Origin: Octopus bimaculoides | Lineage: Eukaryota | DNA length: 64,000 bases | NCBI RefSeq assembly: GCF_001194135.2 | Contig: NC_068988.1 | Location: forward strand, 91,512,342-91,576,341 | Direction: 5' to 3' | Shown: one piece after another, positions 56,401-63,821 of the stretch | Position numbering within the stretch: position 1 is the stretch's first letter | How the letters are laid out: every line of letters begins with the position of its first letter | Translations under genes and position numbers: made by a program | The notes under the pieces: model-generated | Told to the model about the DNA's origin: nothing | Databases searched by the model: none | What the model saw: the letters and a program-made list of their open reading frames with translations, nothing else

Positions 56401-59400
56401 CTTTCATTGGTTTGATTACATGATGAGATCTTTTTACTCATGTATATATATCATCGCAAACACGAATTTGTCCATGGTCACTTTGTAACTTCTGACAAAA
56501 TAACTTCTAAAATACAAAATTTTGTCAAAAACGTTAAGAGTAAACCCTGTTCTATGTAACACATTCTAACAATATCGGAAGTTTGAAAGTGTTTAGTTAA
56601 AAAAAATTAATTAAATAATCTGAACACCAAAGTCGACCTCGGTGAAATTTGAAATCAAAACATAAAGACAGATGAAATACCACTAAGCATTTCACCCAGT
56701 GCGCTAATGTTTCTGCCAACTNNNNNNNNNNCCTTGAGGTTGCAGATATTTTGATGTAACTTTTTTTCTACTGAACCAAATCTTAAACTATTTATGCCAA
56801 AGTGTAGCTGACGGGTTGTCCTCTTTAAAACTATTAACAGTTTGCAATTTAGTTGAGAACTGAATTAGTGGTGAATCTGGGAAGCTGCTGCGATTGATGA
56901 AATGGTGGACTTAAGAATATATTCAACCGTGGTTGAATGATACATCCACATTTTAATCATTAAATTTATCGCATATGCATTTTGCAATGGGATTGGTAAT
57001 CTGGCTGAAATTAAAATGAAATGAAAGTACATATGGCCTTGGCAACTAGATATTAAAAGAAATGGGGGAACCCTAGATTCATTGACTTAGTCACATTTGA
57101 ATAACAACAACAATCACTTAGTTGTTGATTCAAGAAAGAGCAGTAAAGAAATGGAATACTATTTGGGAATGTATTTTAAATAATTGAAAATAAATCCTAC
57201 AAACACTACTGATTATTATGAAATATCTCAGAAGTCTTTACAAAATAAGATGGTTATTGCTATAAATTCTTACACACACACACACTCTCTCTCTCTCTCT
57301 CTCTCTCTAAATGCACCAAATATACATGAAATGATGACTGAAAATAGATTAACTACACATGCATACACATATGTATTTACCTTGGACATGAAACTGTTTT
57401 TAGCAGTGAGTAGCATACTTATGAAGTGAGTAGATTGTTATAATTCTCAAAAAATTTCCTGCTTCAACATTTTCCTTTGCTAAATATCCTTTGTTTTATG
57501 TCTCTTTGTTTTATGTCTCTTTGTTTTCACACCATGATGGCCCCGTTATTTACATTTGCCACTTTTAGATAAAACAGACTAATATATCTGCAATCACTAA
57601 AGAAACTCTAGCTAAAACAGAGAAGGCCCTTTTGAAAGTATGGCAAAAAGATTTTCACAGCCGGTAAACTACATTTTATATTAATTTTTTACTATCTTGT
57701 ACATATTAAGTGCAGTTATTAAATTTAACAAAAACATTCTAAAGCTGGTAAGCTTGGTTTTATTTCCATTTTTCTTTCTTCTGTATAGAAAGTGTGATTA
57801 TTAGATTTGTTTCTATTTTAAAATTTAAATGTAAACACAGTAATTTTAGCAACATTCACCCTGTGACTTGCTATCAAATCTTGGTGCAAGAGTTTGTTCT
57901 TGTATTTCATTAACTTTGAAAGAAGAAATAGAATTTTTTTTCAATTTCTGTTCACGATTTAAACTATTTACACATGCCACACTCTCTCCCTCTCTCTCTC
58001 TCTCTCTCATGATCAACTAATCATGTAATGTGTCAGGACAATCTCCTTTATTTTTCTTTGTATGAGGAGAATTGTTGTTGTTGTTGTTGGCACTCCGTCG
58101 CTTACGATGTCGAGGGTTCCAGTTGATCCGATCAACGGAACAGCCTGCTCGTGAAATTAACGTGCAAGTGGCTGAGCACTCCACAGACACGTGTACCCTT
58201 AACGTAGTTCTCAGGGATATTCAGCGTGACACAGTGTGACAAGGCTGACCCTTTGAATTACAGGCACAACAGAAACAGGAAGTAAGAGTGAGAGAAAGTT
58301 GTGGTGGAAGAGTACAGCAGGGTTCGCCACCATCCCCCTGCCGGAGCCTCGTGGAGCTTTAGGTGTTTTCGCTCAATAAACACTCACAATNNNNNNNNNN
58401 NNNNNNNNNNNNNNNNNNNNNNNNNNNNNNNNNNNNNNNNNNNNNNNNNNNNNNNNNNNNNNNNNNNNNNNNNNNNNNNNNNNNNNNNNNNNNNNNNNNN
58501 NNNNNNNNNNNNNNNNNNNNNNNNNNNNNNNNNNNNNNNNNNNNNNNNNNNNNNNNNNNNNNNNNNNNNNNNNNNNNNNNNNNNNNNNNNNNNNNNNNNN
58601 NNNNNNNNNNNNNNNNNNNNNNNNNNNNNNNNNNNNNNNNNNNNNNNNNNNNNNNNNNNNNNNNNNNNNNNNNNNNNNNNNNNNNNNNNNNNNNNNNNNN
58701 NNNNNNNNNNNNNNNNNNNNNNNNNNNNNNNNNNNNNNNNNNNNNNNNNNNNNNNNNNNNNNNNNNNNNNNNNNNNNNNNNNNNNNNNNNNNNNNNNNNN
58801 NNNTCTCTCTCTCTCTCTCCTCTTCACACTTGCACACACATATTGAGTATAGAGGATGTGTGAAGGTTAGAGAGAAATGAAGCATGCTCTGCTTGAGCTG
58901 TAATGTTAGTATACAAGAGCAACATAGTACATATCAGGTAAGAAAATAACTGTGTGTAAGATGAATCAGATATATTGTGCAAGAGGGATGATTGCATTGG
59001 AATGGACAGATAATGTGTTTGAATGATGACAGAGGAGTAGAAAAGCACCAAGAGATTCAAGTAGAATAAAATTGTGAAAGAGGAAAACCGAGGAAAAAGT
59101 TGTAATATCACATATGGAAATCAAATGTTGTCTTTGCTGTAAACTGTACAACTGTATTAAATGATTTATGTATGTTATAATAATAATAATTTTGTCTTCT
59201 TCATTTAACTTTACATTGTTTCTGAAGATTATTTTACTTTTCCTTCCCTAATTATTTTAGACATGACCTGCACAAAGATTTTGAGAGTAAAGTATTCAGA
59301 GAATTTGAGAGACTTCACAGAGAAATACTCTCTTCTGAAGAATGCAGACAAACACTTATGGTATGTAGCTTTTCATTTCATTTCTTCCATGCTGGCAGAG

Positions 59401-62400
59401 TTTCAGAGAAATGTGTTTGTTTCATTTGAAATGATATAACAGGCATTATATTGTATTTGCTTATGTGTAGTGGCATAGAATTGGTTAAACATGACCATAT
59501 AGTGTGTTTCCCTTATAGTTTTGATTTGTAGTGACTTTGAACACAGCACTGAAGCTAGCAGAACACTTGTTTACCACAGTACTTTTCTTGCATCAATAAA
59601 CTGTATCTATAGAATTTATTTGAGTCTCATATTGATATTTATTTTAATATATTTACATATAGATTATGTGGTTACTGGTATATTTAGATGTTTAACTGTG
59701 CACACATTTTAATTAGCTCTATCTATCCAGCAGGGTTGTGTCTTGGCTCCCACTCTGTTCAGTGGCTGCATGGACTGGATACTCAACCAAATGGTGGCTC
59801 AATCAAGTTGTGGTGCCCTCATTGGTGAAACTAGTGTAATGGACCTAGATTTTTAGCTGATGACACAGTTATTCTTGTTGAGTCTCTGGATGTCTTTAGG
59901 AGTGCACTCCTTTCACGGAGTAAGGAAGCAGAACTATCTAGACTTCGAGTCTCTTGGGTCAAGATAAAAGTCCAGTCTTTCATTGGTTTCTTGGAGGACT
60001 CCACCTCATCTGTCTCTGTGGCAGGTGAGTATGTTGAAGTTGTTGACTGCTTCACTTACCTTAGCATTGGAATTCATAGTGACATTAGCTGCAAGTCTGA
60101 ATTCCTAAAAAAGACCTGGACGAGCTGGTGTGGTTGTCGATTCATTGAACAAGGCTCCTAAACCGCTAAGGTGTGGCACTTTTTCCCACAGCTATCCTCA
60201 TCCATTTTCGCCACATGACCATACCAGCGCAATCGTCTCTCTTGCACACCACATCTGATGCTTCTTTGGTCCAACTTTTCTGTTAATAATAAATCATTGT
60301 CTTTCTATTTTCAGAAAACTGTTGATGAACAAATAGAAAACTCAGAAAATTGTCGATTCTCACAAATGAAATGGTAAGAAAAATTGAAAGTAACAAAATT
60401 GAATGTTATGTCCATTAATATAACTTCATATCATCATCATTAGTTATCTTTAAGAAAATTTAAGCCCTTATCCCTACTCAATAAAGACATAATGTCTTAT
60501 GAGTTTCATCATCATCATCATCATTTAACATCTGCTTTCCATACTGGTGAGTTAATTGCTATTTTTTATTATTTAATTAATTTACCCAGAAAAAGGTAAC
60601 TTCACTAAAATAGTGAGTGGTCTGGGCAGGATTTGAACTTAAAATGCACAGAGCCAGAACATACTGTAGATGGCTATTTCACTATTACACAGCTCTTGAC
60701 TGGTACTTCATTTTATTAACCCACAAGGCATTTAATTTAATGATCTAGCAATTCTACTAATCAGCCATCCTAACAAATCTTCTTTTAAAAATTCACATTG
60801 AAGGAATGTAAATGTAAAACATTACACTGGTAGGATATATACACTGCCCTTGAAGGGTTTTAGTCTGGAAATTATAGTTGTGATCCCCGTGCTGGTGGCA
60901 TGTAGAAAGCACCATTCAAATGTGGCCGATGCCAGCGCCGGCCTGATTGGCTTCCGCTGTACTAGTGGCACGTAAAAGGCACCAACCGATTGTGGTCGTT
61001 GCCAGCCTCCTTTGGCCCCTGTGCCAGTGGCACGTAAAAAGCACCCACTACACTCTCAGAGTGGTTGGCGTTAAGAAGGACATTCAGTTGTAAATACACT
61101 GCCAGATCCGACTAGAGCGTGGAGCAGCCTCATGGCATCCCAGACCTCAGTCAAACCGTCAAACCCATGTCAGCATGGAAAATGGACATTAAACGATGAT
61201 GATGATGATGATGAAATCAACCCCAGGACTTTTTTTTTTTAAGCCTAGTACTTATTCTATTGTTGTGTTTACAGTGTTGTCACTGGTTGTCAAGTGGTGA
61301 TGGGAGGCAAACCACACACACACACACATATATATATGTATGTTTATACGATGAGATTCTTTCAGTTTCTGTCTACCAGATCCACTCACAAGGCTTTGGT
61401 CAGCCTGAGGCTATAGTAACAGACACTCGCCCAAGCTGCCACACAGTAGGACTATACCTAGAACCATGTGGTAGAGAAGCAAGCTTCTTACCATACAGCT
61501 ACACATGACTCAGTGGTTAGAATGTCAGGCTTACAATCGTGAGGTCGTGAGTCTGGTTCCTGGACCAGGCTGTGTATTGTGTTCTTGAGCAAGACACTTT
61601 ATTTCACATAGCTCCAATTCACTCATCACTGGTGTATCAGCCTTTGCCTTTTCTTTGGACAACATCGATGGCATGGAGAGGGAAGACTGGTATGTACGGG
61701 CAACTGCTGTCCTTTCTCAAACAACCTGCACCTCGGAAGGGAACTTTCTAGATGTAATCCCATCATCATACATGACCAAAAGGGATTTGATATATATATA
61801 CACATGTAACCCAGTGCAACCTGTTGTAAACTGGCAACTCTAGCAAGCTTACTTGGTGCGGAGGGTGATTTTGGACACTGCAGGATGATAAACAAGACCT
61901 GTCAAAGGAGAACTCAGGAGAGATAACGGCCATCCAATTTAGTCAAGTGCAGATAGTGCTCACCAGCCATAGGGAAGACAATCCATCTAAGAGAAGGAAA
62001 TCTCTGATATAAAACTATTCAGTGAGGTCTTAAAACCAGCTAATGTCATGAAGTTGTTATACTTTCATCTATGGATGGCTGATAATAATAATAGAATATA
62101 TATGTATATATATCACTAAAGAATTATGTAAACAAGAAAGAAAAAAAGAGTGCTCAATACATACTGTAGAGCTATGGCTTATTTAATGCAAGCTGAAAAG
62201 GAGCCACACACCTCTACTACAACAAACCTATTCCTATTTCTTCCATCATACTTTAGCCTATCGACACCACGCAGAGCAACCATCCTATTTCCTATTCTCC
62301 TTCTCAGGTAAGAGAGTTCTTTAGTCTTGGAATTACAAAGCAACTACATTTGTGCAGATACCACATATAAAGCACCCAGTACACCCTGCAAAGCAGCTGG

Positions 62401-62748
62401 CATTAATCCACTTTACAGAGTGTACTTGTGCCTCAGGGCTGGATGCCCTTCCTAACCAGAAGGGCATCCAGCTGTAAAATCCGTGTCAAAAGTGACATAG
62501 AAACAAGATGCTGTCCTCAAACTAACTGTCCAACTCATACCAGCATGGAAAGTGGATGTAACACTGATGATGATGATTTATATGAATGAGAGATAGTTGT
62601 TTATATGTTAATCTGTTATTAAACTGTAAATGAATATGGTAATTAATCTAGTATTGTCATTTGTTGCAGCCTAAAACGACTACAGATGCTGTATTCACAG
62701 TATTACACAACCGTGTGCACTGACAATGAAATCAAGAAAGATAAACAG
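1808..62748 (+). CDS. SYCP2: Multi-exon gene, partial at both ends: SYCP2-like meiotic axis / synaptonemal complex protein (long disordered linker plus C-terminal SYCP3/Cor1-like coiled coil). 20 exons, about 1394 codons in window
   Basis: 20 AG...GT exons join with matching phases (1-1-1-2-0-1-0-2-0-0-2-0-2-0-0-1-0-2-0-2-0) and no stop. The C-terminal peptide IKQLVHSIGTDMKKSIA-IKQTNISAITKETLAKTEKALLKVWQKDFHSR-HDLHKDFESKVFREFERLHREILSSEECRQTLM-KTVDEQIENSENCRFSQMKCLKRLQMLYSQYY aligns gaplessly to the recalled SYCP3 core. Linker motifs RLTRKRKPVNYKE and SEISWI resemble recalled vertebrate SYCP2 motifs. Confidence 0.72.
2479..2621. repeat. Near-perfect inverted repeat (63-bp arms, 17-nt spacer); hairpin or MITE remnant
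   Basis: Arm 2479-2541 is the reverse complement of 2559-2621 with a single mismatch. Confidence 0.9.
3833..3949 (+). CDS. SYCP2: SYCP2-like exon (117 nt, phase 1-1): YKKRPENKTTSNSTATELKESNRSILNNPSICTIQETQE
   Basis: Poly-T acceptor ttttttttag at 3832, donor gaaa|gtgtgt; open in the required phase; composition matches the other exons. Confidence 0.7.
7537..7633 (+). CDS. SYCP2: SYCP2-like exon (97 nt, phase 1-2): CAYEENSIVIPESVPLKQQPLVSRKLANSNT
   Basis: Acceptor ttcattttccag at 7536 (an in-frame alternative acceptor at 7503 adds 11 codons), donor taa|gtaagt; the only open frame is the required one. Confidence 0.75.
9250..9848 (+). mobile_element. mariner-family transposon 3' remnant (decayed transposase C-terminus plus right TIR)
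   Basis: HPSYLPDIAPSDYHLFCSLQNHL matches the mariner YSPDLAPSDYHLF motif; upstream VWWDMK; ends ...ttatgggatgacccaa followed by TA. Confidence 0.85.
9890..10330 (+). mobile_element. Two tandem copies of a tRNA-derived SINE (ctggcagaa...gagttcaaat...ataagtaccag...ctggggtcgatgtaatc family)
   Basis: B-box-like GAGTTCAAAT, shared body and (ATT)n tails; approximate bounds. Confidence 0.75.
10357..10432 (+). CDS. SYCP2: SYCP2-like exon (76 nt, phase 2-0): QTPAFDSGIASSVDIQKQRKKTVLE
   Basis: Acceptor ttacctccag at 10356, donor gag|gtaggt; supplies exactly the phase 2 to 0 bridge needed. Confidence 0.8.
12174..12243 (+). CDS. SYCP2: SYCP2-like exon (70 nt, phase 0-1): KTVIKIAPSSTKDVSIREDPSFI
   Basis: Acceptor tattttctttcag at 12173, donor tat|gtaagc. 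Confidence 0.8.
12634..14069 (+). CDS. SYCP2: SYCP2-like giant exon (1436 nt, phase 1-0): HSLIQKNSELK...LYDPYDFDN...SSISVNSK
   Basis: Acceptor ttttgttctctag at 12633, donor aag|gtaagg at 14070; covers most of the 497-aa ORF 12642-14135. Confidence 0.85.
15296..15677 (-). mobile_element. Full-length tRNA-headed SINE with (AAC)n-type tail (family B)
   Basis: Reverse complement begins ggaggcgcaatggcccagtggttagggc...gtttcgattcc (Pol III A and B boxes); near-identical to 35096-35409 and 58072-58390. Confidence 0.9.
16233..16300 (+). CDS. SYCP2: SYCP2-like exon (68 nt, phase 0-2): TAANNARLTRKRKPVNYKEADT
   Basis: Phase-0 continuity requires the AAG acceptor (taaag at 16232); donor tag|gtaagt; basic RKRK-x-x-NYKE motif. 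The 5' boundary is less certain. Confidence 0.75.
18347..18374 (+). CDS. SYCP2: SYCP2-like microexon (28 nt, phase 2-0): S-SEDQINDDE
   Basis: Acceptor ttttatattcataaag at 18346, donor gag|gtaagt; phase fits. Confidence 0.7.
19040..19760 (-). mobile_element. Decayed Tc1/mariner-superfamily transposase fragments (maT/rosa-like)
   Basis: Minus-strand YREVLDKVVKPWVERVCNGRLYVFQQ, plus HTH-like IRTIAKDLKVSESTIRKAV near 19500-19600; approximate bounds. Confidence 0.65.
20377..20419. repeat. Perfect 43-bp palindrome (21-bp arms, 1-nt centre)
   Basis: aaggttgactccattaagacc-t-ggtcttaatggagtcaacctt. Confidence 0.95.
21017..21545. repeat. About 530-bp almost pure A/T low-complexity tract (TA / TATTA units)
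   Basis: Directly visible; only about 3 G and no C. Confidence 0.95.
21682..21864 (+). CDS. SYCP2: SYCP2-like exon (183 nt, phase 0-0): SVVSSRSEASMPQKILK...KQLNQ
   Basis: Acceptor atatgttctag at 21681, donor caa|gtaagt; overlaps ORF 21712-21921. Confidence 0.75.
21895..22380 (+). mobile_element. Two tandem tRNA-derived SINE copies separated by an (ATT)n(AGT)n microsatellite
   Basis: aaggcagcgagctggcagaa...gagttcaaat...ataagtacc pattern twice; (AGT)n at about 22124-22175. Confidence 0.8.
22395..24270 (-). mobile_element. 5'-truncated decayed non-LTR retrotransposon with RT and restriction-like endonuclease (R4/Dong-like RLE clade)
   Basis: Minus strand: GIFQGD, LNHLLFMDDLKLF, YKYLGILE, WLKKGILKKET...AAQDQAL, D-V-A-C...EKIDKY...VPIIVGSLG; A-rich tail at about 22385-22400. 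Confidence 0.9.
24271..24705 (-). mobile_element. Second, divergent RLE-LINE 3' fragment (endonuclease domain plus tail)
   Basis: Minus strand CDHEIKNRKPDIVLVEKENKLCWIIDIACPAD...KVERY (PD-(D/E)xK-type motif); (AAT)/(GAT) tail. Confidence 0.85.
25170..25390 (+). mobile_element. tRNA-derived SINE copy flanked by microsatellites
   Basis: ggcaagctggcagaa...gagttcaaattccgccaaggttgactttg. Confidence 0.75.
26060..26280 (+). mobile_element. tRNA-derived SINE copy
   Basis: gagctagcagaa...gttcaaattccaccaagg...ataagtacag...ctggggtc. Confidence 0.7.
26770..27265 (+). mobile_element. Gypsy-type LTR retrotransposon integrase remnant
   Basis: FHTGHPGISKIK (zinc-binding region), DFAGP, YLIVVDSFTKWPE, LFARYGV...VFDNGTQF...EFKNFC; contains stops and a 35-bp triplication. 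Confidence 0.85.
26997..27101. repeat. 35-bp unit x3 tandem repeat inside the integrase remnant
   Basis: tggccagaaatgtgtaaatgtagaaaacagaaatg repeated three times. Confidence 0.95.
28896..29157. repeat. Long imperfect inverted repeat (92-bp core arms plus polyT/polyA extension, 23-nt loop); foldback/MITE-like
   Basis: 28926-29017 is the reverse complement of 29041-29132 with 8 transition mismatches. Confidence 0.9.
29998..30032 (+). CDS. SYCP2: SYCP2-like small exon (35 nt, phase 0-2): TNKRDNQEQKK
   Basis: Acceptor tctttctgtatttgcag at 29997, donor gag|gtagag. Confidence 0.7.
31569..32117. mobile_element. Non-autonomous DNA transposon (MITE), Kolobok-like, with an inverted telomeric-repeat core
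   Basis: Perfect 24-bp TIR AACGGGGGCCACATTTTTCATTAA; flanking TTAA on both sides (31565-68, 32118-21); purine-purine start as in Kolobok; (TAACCC)/(GGGTTA) head-to-head at 31795-31840. Confidence 0.75.
32258..32285 (+). CDS. SYCP2: SYCP2-like microexon (28 nt, phase 2-0): S-NTNTNKIQK
   Basis: Acceptor ttcttaatttcag at 32257, donor aag|gtaatt; phase fits. Confidence 0.7.
34870..34919 (+). CDS. SYCP2: SYCP2-like exon (50 nt, phase 0-2): ISVPSLSGSHFGSSIT
   Basis: Acceptor ttttcttccatttcag at 34869, donor tca|gtaagt. Confidence 0.75.
35096..35409 (+). mobile_element. tRNA-headed SINE (family B), cut by an assembly gap
   Basis: ggaggcgcaatggcccagtggttagggcagc...gtttcgattcccagacc. Confidence 0.9.
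35775..35879 (+). mobile_element. RTE-tailed SINE 3' fragment
   Basis: cagtcctcagtcaaatcgtccaacccatgctagcatggaaagtggatgttaaacgatgatga. Confidence 0.8.
37809..38345 (+). mobile_element. Probable ORF1 5' remnant of an L1/Tx1-like LINE (ATG at 37830), interrupted by a SINE at 38348-38426
   Basis: About 170 open codons, A/C-rich and unlike the host exons; out of phase with the host gene; upstream of and on the same strand as a Tx1-like ORF2 remnant. The ORF1 identity is inferred. Confidence 0.45.
39190..41700 (+). mobile_element. Decayed L1/Tx1-clade LINE ORF2 (RT plus C-terminal Cys/His region)
   Basis: KSSGLDGLPYELY, RSIRNNL, LDQSKTFDRADY, FGPVFKGWI, SAYADNITV, and a C-terminal C-x2-C...H...C-like segment near 41170-41270; many stops and frameshifts. 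Confidence 0.85.
42640..42850 (+). mobile_element. SINE 3' region (gtttacgtccccgtaacttagcggttcggcaaaagagaccgatagaataagtac family)
   Basis: Recognised abundant repeat; degenerate partial copies at about 11650, 14900-15080 and 61230-61330. Confidence 0.7.
42927..43107 (+). CDS. SYCP2: SYCP2-like exon (181 nt, phase 2-0): NSEISWIAAKKNNHQENQIQKTYSTKKDK...KKLKNYK
   Basis: Acceptor ttaattttcag at 42926, weaker donor aag|gtttta; open in phase 2, matching the previous exon. Confidence 0.75.
44926..45165 (+). mobile_element. Well-preserved tRNA-derived SINE
   Basis: gaggcggcgaactggcagaaacgtt (A-box-like) and ctgagttcaaattccgcc (B-box-like); CpGs retained, suggesting a young copy. Confidence 0.85.
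45797..45920 (+). pseudogene. Intronic 124-bp decayed duplicate of coding sequence 46351-46474
   Basis: Colinear, about 90% identical by eye; a CAA to TAA stop in the copy. Confidence 0.9.
45965..46582 (+). CDS. SYCP2: SYCP2-like exon (618 nt, phase 0-0): EKELTFHDTEF...QTSFWKPSLW
   Basis: Acceptor tttatcttaaacag at 45964, donor tgg|gtaaat; coincides with the 210-aa ORF 45974-46606. Confidence 0.8.
47180..47225 (+). CDS. SYCP2: SYCP2-like exon (46 nt, phase 0-1): DNFTQDKSTKINNFQ
   Basis: Acceptor ctcatttag at 47179, donor aag|gtaaat. Confidence 0.75.
48760..48990 (+). mobile_element. RTE-tailed SINE copy
   Basis: aagtggttggtattaggaagg...catccagc...ccaacccatgccagcatggaaa and a (GAT)n tail. 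Confidence 0.7.
49415..49784. mobile_element. Two RTE-tailed SINE copies in tail-to-tail inverted orientation
   Basis: 49427-49580 (+) is the reverse complement of 49606-49784 (-), joined by a short TATG/TA spacer. Confidence 0.9.
50834..52112 (+). mobile_element. Near-full-length Tc1-like DD34E transposon, transposase pseudogenised
   Basis: 30-bp TIRs caggggttg(g/c)acaaaataatggaaacacct with TA on both sides; ATG 51021 paired-like HTH; SDES, FQGDNAP and SPDLNIIEHLW catalytic motifs; in-frame stops (e.g. 51438) and a frameshift. Confidence 0.95.
52146..52378 (+). CDS. SYCP2: SYCP2-like exon (233 nt, phase 1-0), ending in the start of the coiled coil (SGNIKQLVHSIGTDMKKSIA)
   Basis: Acceptor ttattttgttcttag at 52145, donor gca|gtaagt; lies within ORF 52085-52396. 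Confidence 0.85.
53195..54850 (-). mobile_element. RTE-clade LINE, 5' part (APE endonuclease to the start of RT), decayed and 3'-truncated
   Basis: Minus strand VRWRG, GVGILL, ISAYAPQSG, GDFNG, NTNFKK, TYQSG...DYLL, WWWSKEV, KAPGPSGITA. Confidence 0.9.
55231..55727. mobile_element. Foldback/MITE-like element: about 150-bp imperfect TIRs carrying subterminal tandem repeats
   Basis: 55231-55385 is the reverse complement of 55578-55727 (about 90% by eye); ctggaaaagtacag(a/g)acaag(t/c)tatta occurs twice in each arm; no clear TSD. Confidence 0.8.
57569..57663 (+). CDS. SYCP2: Coiled-coil exon (95 nt, phase 0-2): IKQTNISAITKETLAKTEKALLKVWQKDFHS(R)
   Basis: Acceptor ccacttttag at 57568, donor ccg|gtaaac; the TK..L and VW......R pattern matches recalled SYCP3 TKASL...HVWKTQQDQR. 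Confidence 0.85.
58072..58390 (-). mobile_element. tRNA-headed SINE (family B) with (TTG)n tail, head lost in a gap
   Basis: Near-identical to 15296-15600. Confidence 0.9.
58391..58803. other. Assembly gap (largest); others at 11904-13, 29177-86, 35410-35681, 38427-36, 47912-48091, 53680-718 and 56722-31
   Basis: N runs. Exon phases match across each gap, so only frame-neutral exon content could be hidden in them. Confidence 0.99.
59261..59360 (+). CDS. SYCP2: Coiled-coil exon (100 nt, phase 2-0): HDLHKDFESKVFREFERLHREILSSEECRQTLM
   Basis: Acceptor attattttag at 59260, donor atg|gtatgt; heptad-like helix. Confidence 0.85.
59728..60150 (+). mobile_element. RTE-type reverse transcriptase fragment
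   Basis: QQGCVLAPTLF...DLDF-ADD, FTYLSI; frameshifted. Confidence 0.8.
60315..60373 (+). CDS. SYCP2: Coiled-coil exon (59 nt, phase 0-2): KTVDEQIENSENCRFSQMK
   Basis: Acceptor ttctattttcag at 60314, donor atg|gtaaga. Confidence 0.85.
60885..61215 (+). mobile_element. RTE-tailed SINE / LINE 3' UTR with repeated ggcacgtaaaa(a)gcacc motifs and a (GAT)n tail
   Basis: Same tail family as 433-600 and 49415-49784. Confidence 0.75.
61355..61505 (-). mobile_element. SINE head fragment (tttcagtttctgtctaccaaatccactcacaaggctttggt family)
   Basis: Similar copies at about 9075-9210, 15120-15270 and 50455-50590, and in the opposite orientation at about 33825-33960. Confidence 0.65.
62670..62748 (+). CDS. 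SYCP2: Coiled-coil exon (79 nt, phase 2-0): C-LKRLQMLYSQYYTTVCTDNEIKKDKQ; gene continues beyond the window
   Basis: Acceptor tttgttgcag at 62669, donor cag|gtaaag; matches recalled SYCP3 RLKTIKQLYEQF. Confidence 0.85.
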
Positions 62749-62894
62749 GTAAAGAATGTCCTAAATTTGATATTACAAGTATTCCAAAATGTAGGATACT
62801 TTCCTTATACAAGACATATGCATAAAAAATTACACTTCATATTTATATATATCTTTTTTCTTCTTGTTTCTCTCCTTATTTCTTTCTGTGTTCC

Positions 62895-63020
62895 TTTCAG
62901 TTGAAGAGCGTAGGTTCGAAACGTCAAAGACTTTCTCTATTCCCGAGCGTTAAACTAATACATCCATTTGTTGTTTACACCACCTATCTTCGTCTGTTGT
63001 TGTTTTTCGTAAATTCTCTC
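62895..63020 (+). mobile_element. Penelope-like element terminal fragment
   Basis: gaagagcgtaggttcgaaacgtc resembles the typical PLE end motif; followed by (TA)n. Confidence 0.4.
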
Positions 63021-63821
63021 ATATATATATATATATATATATATTCTTTTATTCTTCTACTGGTTTCAGCCAGAGGCTGGGGCCATGTTGGAACACCACC
63101 TTTCAGTGTTTTGGGATCTCCTTTTGGTACTGTTTTTGGTGAACAAACACATGCACATACATATGTATATTTGTGTGAAAAGAGGGAACATCATTCTGAT
63201 GATGAGGCAAGAATGAGCTCGAAGCATTAAAATATTTGTAGTGGCTTCATGCAGGCATAGCGTGGATTCGATCCTCAATTGCCAAATTTCACTTAACACT
63301 TCAACAGTGCTTTTCTCACGCTAAAACAATAGTTTTCCTGTGAATGACAGCAGTCATACATTTCCCAGATGCTTTCGCTAAGCAGAATAATATCTTTGCC
63401 ACTTGACCCTTCTAACCCCTTCTAGGCCACCGCTGGCTGGAATGGAGATAACAGACCTCCAACAAAAACATTTGTTCTCAACAATATGTCTATCCTTCTG
63501 GCTGCTTTTTGATAGTTATAAAAACAAGGACTTCGTAAGCTAAAGGCAGTTACTGAGACCGACCATCAGTGAGTGTGAACGCTATTACTGCACTTCCTTC
63601 ATATATTTATATAAACTCTCTCACCAACCTCTGGAAACCTCTCCTGCCAACCTCCAACAATCTCTCCCTCCTCCAGCTGACAGTTTTTTCGTACTTTTTC
63701 ATGATGGAAAATACACCTTTTGTGGCAGTTATAACGAAATTGCTTTCTTATATCAGAGTAATAAGGCGTATCAATAAAACATCTTTACCCCAAGGAATTA
63801 CCAGGTATACCAGCTAGTACA

